Assembly (NCBI GenBank): GCA_951406725.2
Contig: OX597822.1
Location: 66,154,001 to 66,218,000, forward strand
Length of the DNA: 64,000 bases
Direction: 5' to 3'
From: Octopus vulgaris
Lineage: Eukaryota
Position numbers and translations under genes: made by a program. Every line of letters begins with the position of its first letter. Within the stretch, counting starts at the first letter, position 1. The notes under the pieces are model-generated. The model was not told the origin of the DNA. It saw only the letters and a program-made list of their open reading frames with translations, and searched no databases. Positions 1-13,339 of this stretch are shown here, one piece after another.

Positions 1-107
1 CCCGCGGCTATGGTAGAAGACACTTGCCCAATGTGCCACGCAGTGGGACTGAGCTCGGAACCATGTGGTTCGTAAGCAAGCTACTTACCACACAGCCACT
101 GCTACTG
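1..107 (-). mobile_element. tRNA-derived SINE family A, 5' head (cut by window edge)
   Basis: Reverse complement reads GTGGCTGTGTGGTAAGTAGCTTGC...GCTCAGTCCCACTGCGTGGCAC..TTGGGCAAGTGTCTTCTAC, matching the heads of the copies at 11617, 15425 and 26450-26884. Confidence 0.85.
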
Positions 108-935
108 ATATATGTATATATATATTCGCACATAAATACTGCGCGTGTCTGTGTGTAGGTGATATCTTCGATGCTAATAATAACTGCAGTATACTACCAG
201 ATTTTTTCAAGAGTATTATAAAAGTTAAAATTTCAAAGCAAACTTAAACTGAATTCATAATTCGGAAAGCTCAAACGTACGCTTTACCACCTTTAGTGCT
301 TTCAATATATGTTCTCACTTGTCAAATGAGATAAAATTTGATCTAAAGATAAATCGTAAAAAATATAACACGTATACAACATATCATTAGTCTTTGTCAT
401 AGTGTTCTCACCTCTAATACACCTATTGATTGGTCAAAATTGTGATGACGTCATCTATAAAATCAAGCAATCAAAACCCAATCGTTAATACGTCCTGGAT
501 AATTGTACAATTAAGCCTATCGGTCGAAGGGAAAGGTGTGATTTATTTATTGCTGTCAATCCAACGCGTATATATATAAGCGTGTATGCATATGCAAAAA
601 AAAAACAACATATGTACCTGTGTATGTGTATATGTACGTACGTATGCGTACGTATGTACGTATGTGTGTGTATATAGTTGTTTAGTTAGTCAGTTTGTAC
701 GTATTTATGGCTGTGTAAGTGTTTCTATTTTCCAGTATTGCTGAAATTATCGACAGGATAACGAATATTATATCCGTGAAATTAATGAATCATACTGAAA
801 TTATCTATCCATAACTTTTCACTCTCTTTCACCTTCTCCTTCTCTCCTTCTCTCTCTCTCTCTCTCTCTCTCCGTTCAAAGAAACCCCCCGCCACACGCA
901 TATATATGCATGCAGTGTATCTGATTGTGTGTCTG

Positions 936-1358
936 TATTTCTTATTCCTTTACTGCCCACAATGCGCTACACACACAGGGAACAAACAAGGACAGACAAA
1001 CGGGTTAAGTCTATAATATCGACGCCAGTGCGCTACTGGTACTTATTTAAACGACCCCGAAAGGATGAAAGGCAAAGTCGACCTCGGAGGAATTTGAACT
1101 CAGAACGTAGCGGCAGACGAAATACCTATTTCTTTACTACCCACAAGGGGCTAAACATAGAGGGGACAAACAATGACAGACAAACGGATTAAGTCGATTA
1201 TGTCGACCCCAGTGCATAACTGGTACTTATTTAATCGACCCCGAAAGGATGAAAGGCAAAGTCGACCTCGGCGGAATTTGAACAAAGAACGTAACGGCAG
1301 ACGAAATACGGCTAAGCATTTCGCCTGGCGTGCTAACGTTTCTGCCAGCTCGCCGCCT
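936..1358 (-). mobile_element. SINE family B, dimeric copy (internal ~190-bp unit duplicated)
   Basis: Head GGCGGCGAGCTGGCAGAAACGTTAGC on the minus strand, followed by two tandem units containing GAGGTCGACTTTGCCTTTCATCCTTTCGGGGTCG and a TTGTGGG..GTAAAG tail. Same family at 12412, 25329, 40214 and 44497. Confidence 0.9.
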
Positions 1359-2615
1359 TATATGTGTGTCTGTATTTCTCTTTGTGTGTGAGTGTATGCG
1401 CGTGTATGCGTATGTGTGTTGTGTACGCACGCGTTTGTGTGTGAGTGTAATGTTATTTATACTATTTAAATCTACAGCAAGCGTTACTCTAAATTTCTAA
1501 TGAGCAGCCTTCAAGAAATTCAGACTACGCATTATTGATTTTCATATTCTAATGAAGTAATCTTCTCTCCATCATGTATTGAGTAATTAGATTCTCACAT
1601 GTAAAGGTATATAGATGTACGGAGGTCTTACTCTCCGTTTGTCTTTTTATACGTATCCATTTGTAGAATATATCAATTTATAGAATATCTTTACGTATAA
1701 ACTTGACATGGGCGATTTTTTCTTGTCTTGGGATTCAAGGTGAAACGGCTGGGTGGAAATGCGCGAAAAATTACAGAGATGTGTAGAATGATCCGGTGGT
1801 GATACTGGGCTTTGTATGTTTTTTAGTAGCTCCCATGGTTACCGAGATAATCTACTATAATAATACTCTTGTGTTTATGAATGAGACAGGAAGGTGTGAT
1901 AAATGAATAATGAAAGACGGGGTGATGTCATACTTCGTAATGGGATGATGAAAATTGTACGCTGAAAAATAAATCAAGGAGTGTTTCAACTCTGTGTGAA
2001 TATATCTGTTTGTATGGAAAGGGGGGGGGTATGTAAATGTGTGTGCGTGTGTGTGTGCGCGCGCAATGGAAGTGGGATGGCTTATCTTTGTTCGCTTAGT
2101 ATTTGGGTTTATTTTTTGTTTGTTGGTCAGTTATTTTTAGCGTTTTGACAGAAAAAGTCTTTCTAAAATTGTTTTTTAACGTAAACGTGCCCAAACAAGT
2201 CGAATGCTTACACGGAACAGGTTTTACAACCACATCATGGAAATCGACCCAGTGAAACCGGGCTTAGCTACTAGTAGGTATATAAATGTGCGTACTTCTT
2301 AATCTATGTTTGTCTTCCTCTCTATATATGTTCATTTATAGAATATATTAATAGTAATCGACAAGCTAATATGGCAGTCCAGAAATATAGGATGAATGCT
2401 GCCGTTGATTAGCTTCAGGAGTCAATCGCCTCTAGCTAGCTGTGTGACACTCGAACCTATGTCCATTATAACCATCGAACAGGGGAGGTCAGCCGCTTTC
2501 CTTTGCTGGTCAGGCATCTGCAGACTAGTCGTGTGAGTGTGACTGTGTTTGTGTGTGTGTGTACATGTGCGTGTCAGTTCGTGAGTGTGTGTGATTGTTT
2601 GATGTAAATATGAGG

Positions 2616-2750
2616 CGAAGGTGCGTTTCTTAGTGGTTAGGGTATATGGCTCATAGTCGTAAGATTGCGTGTTCGATTCCCGGCGGTACTGTGCGTCCTT
2701 GAGCAAGACACTTTATTTCACGCTGCTCCAGTCCACTCAGCTGGCAAAAA
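2616..2750 (+). mobile_element. SINE family C fragment (tRNA head plus central domain)
   Basis: A-box-like TTAGTGGTTAG and B-box GTTCGATTCC, then CTTGAGCAAGACACTTTATTTCAC..CTCCAGTCCACTCAGCTG, shared with 22426-22760 and 46955-47274. Confidence 0.8.
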
Positions 2751-3024
2751 TATCAATATATGTCAGTTCTAAGAATGTATGTCAGTATTTCACACTGATG
2801 TAGGGTAAATTCGACCGAAAAGAAATGTAGCACGTCGTTGAGTAAGAGGATGGAGGGAGTGAACGAGAGAGAGGTTATGTGGCTGCCTTTAACAGAATAC
2901 TCTTTGCAGACAAAACATTATGACGAGCTGTCTGGACGTATTCTTTATCCGCCTCTTTTCCTCTACCCGCAGTTGGCCTATGTACGTTTAAGTTCACTGG
3001 TATCCATCATGAATGTAAGTTAAC

Positions 3025-3112
<88 letters not shown>

Positions 3113-3139
3113 TTTATTTTAAGCAGCAGAAAATTCAAC

Positions 3140-3187
3140 AAAATCTGTTACTCTGAGTTTCTCGTTGCCGTTCATCAGACAGTTTTT
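3140..3187 (-). ncRNA. Minimal type I hammerhead ribozyme (inverted copy)
   Basis: Reverse complement of the motif at 4610-4657. Confidence 0.75.
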
Positions 3188-4609
3188 GCTAGAATGGAAC
3201 CGATATATCAATTCAATCTAGACTCTTACAAACGCTACACCTTTAAAAAGAAATGGACTTGTTTGATTGGCCCTTTAGAAAAAAAAACGGTCAATCTTCG
3301 AGCGATAAACAAAAAGGTCAAAAATATATGTATATATATATATATATAAAATGCTTATAAAAAATTATAAAATCCGAGAAAAAACCTTACATTGAATAAA
3401 ATACATATTGAAATTAATGAAGAAAGTTTAAATTAATTCATAGGAATTAAACCTGTTATAAATATTACACTGCAATACATATTTTTATTAAAATGTGCAT
3501 ATATATATATCAACATACACAAACAAGATGCGCGCCAACGCCATACATATACAGACGTATGAATATAAATCTAAATATAAACATAAATGCATGTGTACAT
3601 ATATTCACGCAAAACCATCTCGCACGCAAGTTAAAAATCATGTATGTAGCGATTCTCATATACTGAGTAAGGGGGGGGGGGACGAAAGAAAGGAAGAGAG
3701 AGAAAAAGGAACGAAGGAGGGGTGGGGAAAAAACGAAATAAGAAAAAATTATGTATATAATCTGTGTAACGGCGTTATTGGCATATACGGAGACAAGTAT
3801 ACAAACAAGTTCGTATGGATACATACATACAGTCGTGTATATGTGTGCTTAAGCACAAACATACTCTCACTTACACATACACAGATACGCATGCTTACAA
3901 ATACATATCCTCGGCTATACACATACTTACATCAACATTTTAATTTTGACAACGTTGCTTTTTTTAAAAACAACATTGCATTTTTTTTAAAAGAATGGGT
4001 GCATTAATAAAAATATATACGAAAGACATATAAAATAAAATATAACACCCTATTTTGGATCATTTATAAATAATCAAGGTAATATAAATAATCAAGGTAA
4101 TCCTATACAATACAGTAACCTGAAAACAAGGTCGAAGGTTTTTCCTGATGTATGTGTAGAAACATAAGACTTTGCTATACGGATTAAGATCCGCATAGCT
4201 TGGAAGACAAAATCCATTGTAGCGCTCATCGTTCAAGAGTCAAAATCAAAATTTCAAAAATCAAAAATACAAAATATATACTCTATCCATATGGTATATT
4301 TATATTCGACATTTTAAATTTAGCCGCGTGCCTACATAAGTTCATTAGCTCACTTCTTTGATTCAAAGAATTATTGTCTTTGAATAAGATGATGTATTTT
4401 ATTCAATGTAAGGTTTTTTCCTCGGATTTTATAATTTTTTATAAGCTTTTTTTATATATATATACATATATTTTTGACCTTTTTGTTTATCGCTCGAAGA
4501 TTGACCGTTTTTTTTTTTGTAAAGGGCCAATCAAACAAGTCCATTTCTTTTTAAAGGTGTAGCGTTTGTAAGAGTCTAGATTGAATTGATATATCGGTTC
4601 CATTCTAGC

Positions 4610-4657
4610 AAAAACTGTCTGATGAACGGCAACGAGAAACTCAGAGTAACAGATTTT
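4610..4657 (+). ncRNA. Minimal type I hammerhead ribozyme
   Basis: Stem I CTGT/ACAG, CTGATGA at 4619-4625, stem II CG-GCAA-CG, GAAA at 4636-4639, near-palindromic stem III ACTC-A-GAGT, GUA cleavage triplet at 4646-4648. Confidence 0.8.
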
Positions 4658-4754
4658 GTTGAATTTTCTGCTGCTTAAAATAAAGCATATTACTCTACCA
4701 TTGGTATTTGAGTACTCTTTTTTCCACCTTGTTTCACATTTATGTGTTTACTCC

Positions 4755-4858
<104 letters not shown>

Positions 4859-4954
4859 TAAGAAAGTTGGTATGTGAAAGCACGTGGTTGAATATATAGA
4901 GAATAGTAAAAAGGGAAAAAACTACAGAAGGCTTGTTTTAAAAGGTTAAAAATA

Positions 4955-5278
4955 TATATTTATGTCATAAAATGCTCGGGCTGCCACCAAGACTACGTGG
5001 GATCCACGGGACTATCACTCAGACGTAGATGCACACTGCATCGAAAACAGATTGCATTCCCAGAATACAGAATGATACCCTTTAGTGAGCACATTGAGAA
5101 ATGCGCAAAGCAACTTCTACCACAATTTTTAATCTTTCCATTCTACCAATGTGCTATCGGGACACCAGCACAAATTAGACTAAACAAGGAAACATTCTTC
5201 ATTGAAAAATACAAGCCCAAAGTTAACCATTCCAACATACTTATACAGAGAAACTCAATCCAAAAGAAAGGCAAATAA
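4955..5278 (+). pseudogene. Penelope-like retroelement GIY-YIG endonuclease C-terminal fragment
   Basis: In-frame translation [32 protein letters not shown]...SEHIEKC...FPFY...RLNKETFFIEKYKPKVN shows IY..CxxC..YVG, R..H, H and E...N, the PLE GIY-YIG signature. It is 5' truncated next to (TA)n. Confidence 0.85.
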
Positions 5279-5366
5279 TTTTAAGCGATTATCTCCCTTA
5301 CACCGGAAGAAATCACTTATTACCTCCCCTTATCTAGATTTCCGCTCAACGTAAACATAACAATTT

Positions 5367-5406
5367 AAGAAATTTGAAAAGCTGAACGCGAAACCGGTCA
5401 TTTCTT
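5367..5406 (+). ncRNA. Decayed minimal hammerhead ribozyme in PLE 3' pLTR
   Basis: Stem I AAGAAAT/ATTTCTT, core TTGAAAA (two changes from CTGAAGA), stem II GC/GC, and GAAACCGGTC with palindromic stem III, just downstream of the GIY-YIG ORF. Confidence 0.6.
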
Positions 5407-5428
5407 CTAAACTATGTCTATGTCTACA

Positions 5429-5501
5429 TAAAGCAAGATACTTTCAATGAAAAAAAATCAAATATATATATACACACATATATAAATAGATACGTATGTA
5501 C

Positions 5502-5542
<41 letters not shown>

Positions 5543-5558
5543 CATACGTATCTATTTA

Positions 5559-5591
<33 letters not shown>

Positions 5592-5624
5592 TTGATTTTT
5601 TTCATTGAAAAATATCTTGCTTTA
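5429..5624. repeat. Imperfect palindrome centred on a (TA)n tract
   Basis: TAAAGCAAGATA..TTTCAATGAAAAAAAATCAAA...ATAAATAGATACGTATGTA is mirrored by TACATACGTATCTATTTAT...TTTGATTTTTTTCATTGAAA..TATCTTGCTTTA. Confidence 0.9.
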
Positions 5625-7689
5625 CTTTACATTTCATTTAATTAATTATTTCTATTCAATTTTGTTCATTTTTTGTTTTCTTATTATCTCTCATCATTCA
5701 CCATCTTTGTTGGGCCATCAGTATTGACGACAAGGCTCACTGACAAAGAGAGATTCGGCACAGACATGTGTTATTGAAAACCGCTTTGGCGATATATGAC
5801 CTAGTATTGACCTTCACAAAACCTGGTTTGAAAATCCGCCTGAATTTCATACATTTGAAGAAATGTAGCCACAAGTAATTAAACGATACTGTGATTAAGG
5901 TAGATATATTGTAAAATAGGTATAGCTCGAAAATGTTGCAGAATTTCTATTTTAACAGAATGTTTTCAGTGGATAACAAATCATACTTTTTTACGAACTT
6001 AGAGAAGCACATGAGTATGTATGGGCGTTTAACAAACTTGCCATCGGTACTGCTTTGTTGTATTTTCAGGCTTAACAAGTCACCTACACGTAGTTATTGA
6101 ATATATTCTTGGTAGTTTTCGCTGTTGGAATTTATCCTATTTTCAGGCCAAATGTTTCAGCAAATATCAATATACCGATGTTTAGTATAGACATTGCCTG
6201 TAAATCTCATCAAGATAAAAGAAACTTCTCAAGTCGTTGGCCGCTACCATTTCATTAACTTATTTACTGAAATCAATTAAGATTGTCAAAACGTCCTGGT
6301 AAATGTTTTACTAAATAATTGCATCTACATTATATTTCTATTTCAACCTGGAAATATAAAACGAAATTTAATACATGAATAGTAAATGTGAATTGATTTG
6401 TATTTAGTTCGTCTGGAATGTTTTTGCTAAACATTTCTTTGCTTTTAAGTAGAAATATTTGAAAATCGTATTATAAAAATTATCGACAAAAATGACATAT
6501 AAATATTTAATTGAAACTTCCAAAAACATACATTCAAGAAGATTCGGTGCATTTATATAAATTTTGTGAATACAAGGTCACTTAGTCTTAATATCTTTAC
6601 ATTACTTTCCTGTAGACGATTGAATATGCTGCTGGGCTTGCGATTGTCAGAAAAAAATACGAAGAAAACATGTATTAACGTAACTTTCAAACTGCTTTAA
6701 ATTCAGCTCCCCATGTGTTTTCTTTCCTAAATAGAAAGTGATTTTAACAAGACGTCACATAAAAAATTAAATGATTTAATTCTGTTCAATGATTAAATTA
6801 TAATTCTATTGTTATAACAAATTCATACTTAAAGTCTCTAATAAGATTTACTAGGAATACGTGTACTTCTAGACATTTATATATATGTGTGTCTTTCTAA
6901 AAATGTATATATTTGATAATATATAACTCTCTCGATGTCTCTTTACGAATCAGCGCACACATATACACACAAACACCCCATACGCGCACGTACAGATATT
7001 TGCATCTACATACGCATTTGTGTGTGTGAAATTGTCTTTGTATATGATTAGATTTGCGTGTTAATATCTTAAAAGTGTTACATATAAGGACATTTTTTTT
7101 GTCTTTTGAATTAAGGAATCAATGCCATAATTCTGCGATGTAATATGTGTAACCAAAATTTTTATTATACAAATACGCACACGTATGAATATATGTATGT
7201 ATATATGTATGTATGCATATATGTATGCATGTATGTATTTATGTATGTATATATGTATGTGTGCATGTATATGTATGCATATATACATATATGTTTGTGC
7301 ATATTCTTATACGTATAAAAATATAAAAATAAATATGTATATATATATATATTTTGTATTTATATAATTATTCATATGTATATATAATTATATAAGTACA
7401 ACATATAAGTATGTGTGTATGTATGCGCATATATATACGTAAATATATATTTGTATGCATGCATAAATGCACGTATGTGTGTTGATGTGTAGGCATATTT
7501 TGCTCCACTGTATTTAGCGACCAAAGGAGACAGAGTATTTCGTTATTAAATTCTCAGCACGATACATGTTCGCTTCTTTCTAATTTAGTTTTGAAGTGCT
7601 TAAGAAGTGGCCTCAGTTTTTTTTATTTCTTTTTGATTTTAGATATATCATCACCATCATCAGTATAATTATTATTGTTATTGTCATTA

Positions 7690-7866
7690 TTATTATCAAT
7701 GATGATAATGATGATAATGAAGATTAATAATAATAATAATAATAATAACAATAAAAATAATAATAATAATAATAATAACAATAATAATAATAATGATGAT
7801 GATGATGATGATGATGATAATGAGAGGAAGAAGAAGAAGCAGAAGAAATTAAGCAAAAATAATAAT

Positions 7867-7930
<64 letters not shown>

Positions 7931-8123
7931 GTAATAATAATAATATAATAATAATAATAGTAATACTAATAATATAATAATAAGAAGAAGAATAAGATGA
8001 AGAAGAAGAAGAAGGAGAAGAAGGAGAAGAAGAAGAAGAAGAAGAAGAAGAAGAAGAAGAAGAAGAAGAAGAAGAAGAAGAAGAAGAAGAAGAAGAAGAA
8101 GAAGAAGAAGAAGAAGAAGAAGA
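7690..8123. repeat. Compound (AAT)n/(GAT)n/(GAA)n microsatellite
   Basis: Directly visible trinucleotide tracts. Confidence 0.95.
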
Positions 8124-8486
8124 AATTATGCAAAAATGTAAACTAGAGTGCAGATTTGCTTTCCACTTGAAATTCAATGTCAAAAGACTTCATCAATGCT
8201 AAAGAATATTAAACGTCGTTGGAGAAACATCATTTTCCTCTTCCCACATTTGATAAGTGATAAATGTTGCAAAGTTATATAATCTATGTGTTTAAATTCT
8301 CCTTCATTAAGGGAGCAACGATTACGTAAATATCCACACGACTACATATGGATGTGCATACATGCAATATCTTAATCAAACACAAATTCTTTTGCATCTA
8401 CACACTCTCATGCTAATATATATTTTCCCATGAAAATTGGAACTTCTGTATGTTTGTGTCTGTAAAGATATACGTATGCACGTATG

Positions 8487-8874
8487 CTCTTTTACTTGTT
8501 TCAGTCATTTGACTGAGGCCATGCTGGAGCACCGCATTTAGTCGAGCAAATCGACCTCAGGACTTATTCTTTGTGAGCCTAGTACTTATTCTATCGGTCT
8601 GCTTTGCCGAAATGCTAAGTTAGGGGGGACGTAAACACACCAGCTTCGTTGTCAAGCGATGTTGGGCGGACAAATGCACACACATATATATATATACATA
8701 TACATATATACGACGGGCTTCTTTGAGTTTACGTCTACCAAATCCACTCACAAGGCTTTGGGTGGCCCGAAGCTATAGTAGGAGATACTTGCCCAAGGAG
8801 TCACGCAGTTGGACAGAACCCAGAACCAGGTGGCTAGTAAGCAATTTACTTAAAACACAGCCACACGTGCGCCT
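8487..8874 (-). mobile_element. SINE family A, near full length
   Basis: 3' tail CTCTTTTACTTGTTTCAGTCATTTGACTG..GGCCATGCTGGAGCACCGC, an internal (CA)/(TA) tract, and a tRNA-like head at the right end. Confidence 0.9.
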
Positions 8875-9079
8875 ATGTATAATTTTTTTAATAAATATAC
8901 ATACGCCAATGCACAAACATGCACTTTCTTTCGATATGTTTGTGTGAGCCTGCGAGTGTGTATGTGTGTGTGTGCATACCTGTGTCTGTGTGTTTGAATG
9001 TATATATCCATAGATGTATAACTTCAGTGACCGTTCGCTATTGAATTACATATCTATCTATATATCTATCTATCTATCA

Positions 9080-9446
<367 letters not shown>

Positions 9447-9744
9447 ATCGCATTTAACTGTATATCTCTCGATAAATTTCTGAGCGTTAGACGATATACC
9501 ACAATCCCCTATTTTGTCGGGTATGTTCTGAGTCTGCGCAGTGTTTTGAATAGTTTAGAAAGAGCATTTCAATAGACGCACATGGGTCTATTGGTATGGT
9601 CTTCCCATAATTAACAGGAATCTTACTGAAGAGCCAGCCTGAGTAAATAAATATTATTTTTATTACTGAATACTAGTATATATATATATATAAATTTATA
9701 TATATACGTATATATATATATATATATATGTATGTATATATTTA

Positions 9745-9837
<93 letters not shown>

Positions 9838-9839
<2 letters not shown>

Positions 9840-9975
9840 GCCGGGTTTTTTTTTGTTTCTCTCTACCAAATCCATTCACAAGGCTATCGACGGTCCGAGG
9901 CTACTGTAGAAGGCACAAAATGCCACGCAGTGGGAATGAACTTGAAACTATATGGCTGGGAATGAAGCGAATCGA
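9838..9975 (-). mobile_element. SINE family A, degenerate 5' fragment
   Basis: CTACCAAATCCATTCACAAGGCT...GCCACGCAGTGGGA matches the family A head region. Confidence 0.75.
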
Positions 9976-11616
9976 GACAGTCACCAGTATTTAAAGAGCT
10001 TTCTGTTGACAATGTACTTTACCTATGAAGCCAGGAAACTTGAGTGTTCGACTTAAATAGGTCAGCACGCCGAGCTCAGTTGAACGACTTCTCTCTGTAC
10101 ATGTCACGAAGATCTCGAGAAATGTCATCCGCACTTTCTTCAATGACAATGGAAAGAGTTTTACAAATGAATATTTCGTATATCGTTTACATGAAATATA
10201 TTTCGAAACATATTTATATATGTCATTAGTAGTTTGAATCTTTTGAGAGATATAAATTTCATTCTTGAACGTTATATATCCTAAAACAATCCAATTTGGT
10301 TTTATACTTAAATTTACATTAAATACATGTGCCTCGTACTACAACTGTTAGCATTTTGATGGAGTTAAAGAAAATTCATTTATGCATATTACTAATAAGA
10401 ATTACTAGATATATTAGGAAGTAACTAGAAAATGTGTATGTATTCTTTTCATCCCAGATGCCAAAACATGAAATTATATTAGGTAACGTAATATACAGTC
10501 ACTAATATTTTGTTACTTGTTTTTACAATCATATTACTCAACTACATCTCATACTTCGTTATAAATTAGTAATATGCTTATACTGCCACGTTAATATTTT
10601 CTAGTATATAGTGTAATATTTATGCACACAACTGTTAATGTCATATTGTTAAAATCTTGCAAAATACTTCGTAAATAACATAAAGAGGATAATTGGATGA
10701 TTTAATATGATTGCCTGCAACTTCGATAACGAAAACAGAAAAAAAAAAATTGAAACTGAAAAAAAGATTAACTTCGCACCTCGGACAAATAAAAAACAAC
10801 ATCAGTTTAATACGCTGCACACTAAATTGTTTAATGTTCAGATATGTTCTAAAAATTCGATACTACAGAATGGCACGTGGCCAAGAGCATTTATCTAAAT
10901 ATATAGTTACTTTTACAAACAAATTTGTTTTGGGATCATACCAAGGCATGAAAATCAATTATATTTCGATAATGTATTATCTATTGATATGTTTTACGAA
11001 GTGTAGTGCCAAAAAATATCCAGTTGGATGTACCTGCGGTGCTACTGTCTGTTTCACAATATAGAGGTACAATGAATTGAACGAAGGCTACAAAATTTCA
11101 TAAAATTATGCTATGGTGAAAAGAAGGTATTTGTAAAGAAAGTACAGAGTAAGAATGAAGTTTCAATACGCTCACCCCCCAACACATACGCACACACACA
11201 CACTCCTGCATGTATATGAGTTTCTGTGTGTACGTGTAATTATATGCATATATATATATGTAGGAGAGAGAGTGAGAGAGGCAAGCATATAGACGGAGAC
11301 ATTCACTGGCTGAGAGACAGATAGTTTTAAAGATACATAGATACCAGTTACGAAAATAAAGAGAGATACGTATGTTTCCTTGCACATGTGCATATATTTG
11401 GTATGTGTATATTTATTCCATATTTGTAGAACAACAATGTTGCCAATGATATAAAGCTGGAACTTGTCCAAGTTTGCTAGCGTTCCATTTAAGAATATTA
11501 TTTACCATAAGTTTAGAAGAGATCGTAGCGCGAATTCAAAACGTTGCTGTGATCATTAGATACACAGATAAGTTAACTCAGTTATAAGACTTGTTTAACT
11601 GTTATATGCATATAGA

Positions 11617-11778
11617 AGGCGCAGGAGTGGCTGTGTGGTAAGTAGCTTCCTTACCAGCCACGTGGTTCCAGGCTCAGTCTCACTGAGTGGTACATTGGGT
11701 GGGTGGCTTTTACTATAGCCTCGGGTCGACAAAAGCCTTGTGAGTGGATTTGGTAGACGGAAACTGAAAGAAGCCCGT

Positions 11779-11815
<37 letters not shown>

Positions 11816-12033
11816 ATATGCGTATATCTTTGTGTCTCTGTGTTTGTCTCCCCACCATCGCTTGACAACCGTTGTCGGATTGTTTAAGTCCCCGTGACTT
11901 AGCGGTTCGGCAAAAAGAGTACGATGAAATATATTCTAGGCTTACAAAGGATAAATCTTGGGATCGATTTGTTTGACTGAAGGCGACGCTCCAGCATGGC
12001 CACACTCAAATGACTGAAACAAATAAAAGAATA
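11617..12033 (+). mobile_element. SINE family A, full length
   Basis: GGCGCAGGAGTGGCTGTGTGGTAAG head, internal (TA)n, and tail ending CCAGCATGGCCACACTCAAATGACTGAAACAAATAAAAGA. Confidence 0.9.
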
Positions 12034-12411
12034 TGCCTCCTTCGCTGGGTAAATCCTGCTTTTGCTTCTTTCGATTTTATACAATATACTGAGTGCATAC
12101 TCAAGTCACTAAGTATAACAATGAAGAATGATTCAGTCTCATAGTTTGTTTATTGCAATATTATATACGATAATCACTTTATAACACTGTCAGGAATTTA
12201 TTGCAATATCGTATTTCACAATAACGTCTATTCCTCATCTAAAATATAAACTACAAGGAGACTAGAATAAAACCGAATTCTTCAGTTCGCTGCATAGATT
12301 CGTATAAATACAGCTGCAAGAATAAGTTTGCCGCCGATGAATTGATAATGTAAACGAACCAAATGGATACAACTGGATCCGCATCCTAAGATATCTATCT
12401 AATAGAAACAT

Positions 12412-12828
12412 GGCAGCGAGCTGGCAGAAACATTATCACGTCGGGTGAAAAGCTTAGCGGTATTTCGTCAACCGCTACGTTCTGAGTTGAAATTCCGTCG
12501 AGGTCGATTTTGCCTTTCATCCTTTCAGGGTCGATTAAATAAGTACCAGTTACACACTGGGGTCGATATAATCGACTTAATCTGTTTGTCTGTCCTTCTT
12601 TGTCCTCTCTGTATTTAGCTCCTTGTGGGCAGTAAAGAAATAGATATTTCGTCTGTCAATATTTTCTGAGTTCAAATTCCGCCGAGGTCGACTTTGCCTT
12701 TCATCCTTTCAGAGTCGCTAAATTAAGTACCAGTTACGCACTGGGGTCGATGTAATCCTTCGATGTAATGACTGTCCTTGTTTGTCCCCTCTGTGTGTAG
12801 CTCCTTGTGGGCAGTAAAGAAATAAGAA
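12412..12828 (+). mobile_element. SINE family B, dimeric copy
   Basis: GGCAGCGAGCTGGCAGAAAC head and two tandem units, each ending TTGTGGGCAGTAAAGAAATA. Confidence 0.9.
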
Positions 12829-12865
12829 ACATGTGTCGGAAAGAGAGTTCTAGAGTGAATGTATC

Positions 12866-13154
12866 ATTCTTTACTCTTTTAGTCTTTAGCTTGTTGCAGT
12901 CACTTGACTGCGGCCATGATGAAGCACCGCTTTCAAGAGGTTTAGTCAGAAGGGATGTCCTGAGCTTAGTACTTATTCTATCTGTCTATTTTACCGAATC
13001 TCAATTGTTAGAGGATACATGCCCTAGGTCCTACGCTATGGGACTGAGCCCAGAACTAGGTAGTTCAAATCGTCCTATGTATGGGGCTTATTAGCACACA
13101 CACGTGCCTTGATGTTTCCCACAATCTTCTTACTACACAGCCACGACTGTGCCT
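12866..13154 (-). mobile_element. SINE family A, degenerate and internally deleted
   Basis: Tail remnant GCAGTCACTTGACTGCGGCCATG..GCACCGC and head remnant TACTACACAGCCAC. Confidence 0.65.
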
Positions 13155-13168
13155 AAATAATGATACCG

Positions 13169-13220
13169 TTCCCGTGCCGGGAATCGAACCCGGGCCGCCT
13201 GGGTGAAAGCCAGAAATCCT
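13169..13220 (-). pseudogene. 5'-truncated tRNA-Glu(TTC) copy
   Basis: Minus strand AGGATTTCTGGCTTTCACCCAGGCGGCCCGGGTTCGATTCCCGGCACGGGAA gives the anticodon arm (TTC), T-arm and 3' acceptor strand of eukaryotic tRNA-Glu. The 5' acceptor strand and most of the D-arm are missing and no CCA follows. Confidence 0.85.
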
Positions 13221-13339
13221 GTATATAATACTCTAGTAAGCAAGGTTTGAGGATATACAATTCACCATTATTAATTTTAATATCTCATATAAATATATAT
13301 ACATATATATATAATTAATTTTATTGACATGAATGTGTT

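Noticed and set aside
936-1358. Repeated ~190-bp units as a CRISPR-like or satellite array
   Set aside because: They are SINE dimer units with no repeat-spacer structure, in a eukaryotic context.
2248-2275. Helitron-like 3' end (CCC..GGG hairpin plus CTAGT)
   Set aside because: No matching 5' TC end or second copy could be identified.
2791-2835. CTGATGTA-GGT..ACC-GAAA motif
   Set aside because: Stem II is plausible but stems I and III are missing; at best a very decayed hammerhead.
7623-8183. Long poly-S/L/N ORFs, and similar ORFs at 41081-42283, 57018-57723 and all YIYI/THTH ORFs
   Set aside because: They are translations of microsatellites with no coding signal.
9620-9650. CTGAAGAGCC in a TA-flanked insert
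   Set aside because: There is no downstream GAAA or stem III, so it cannot be called a ribozyme.
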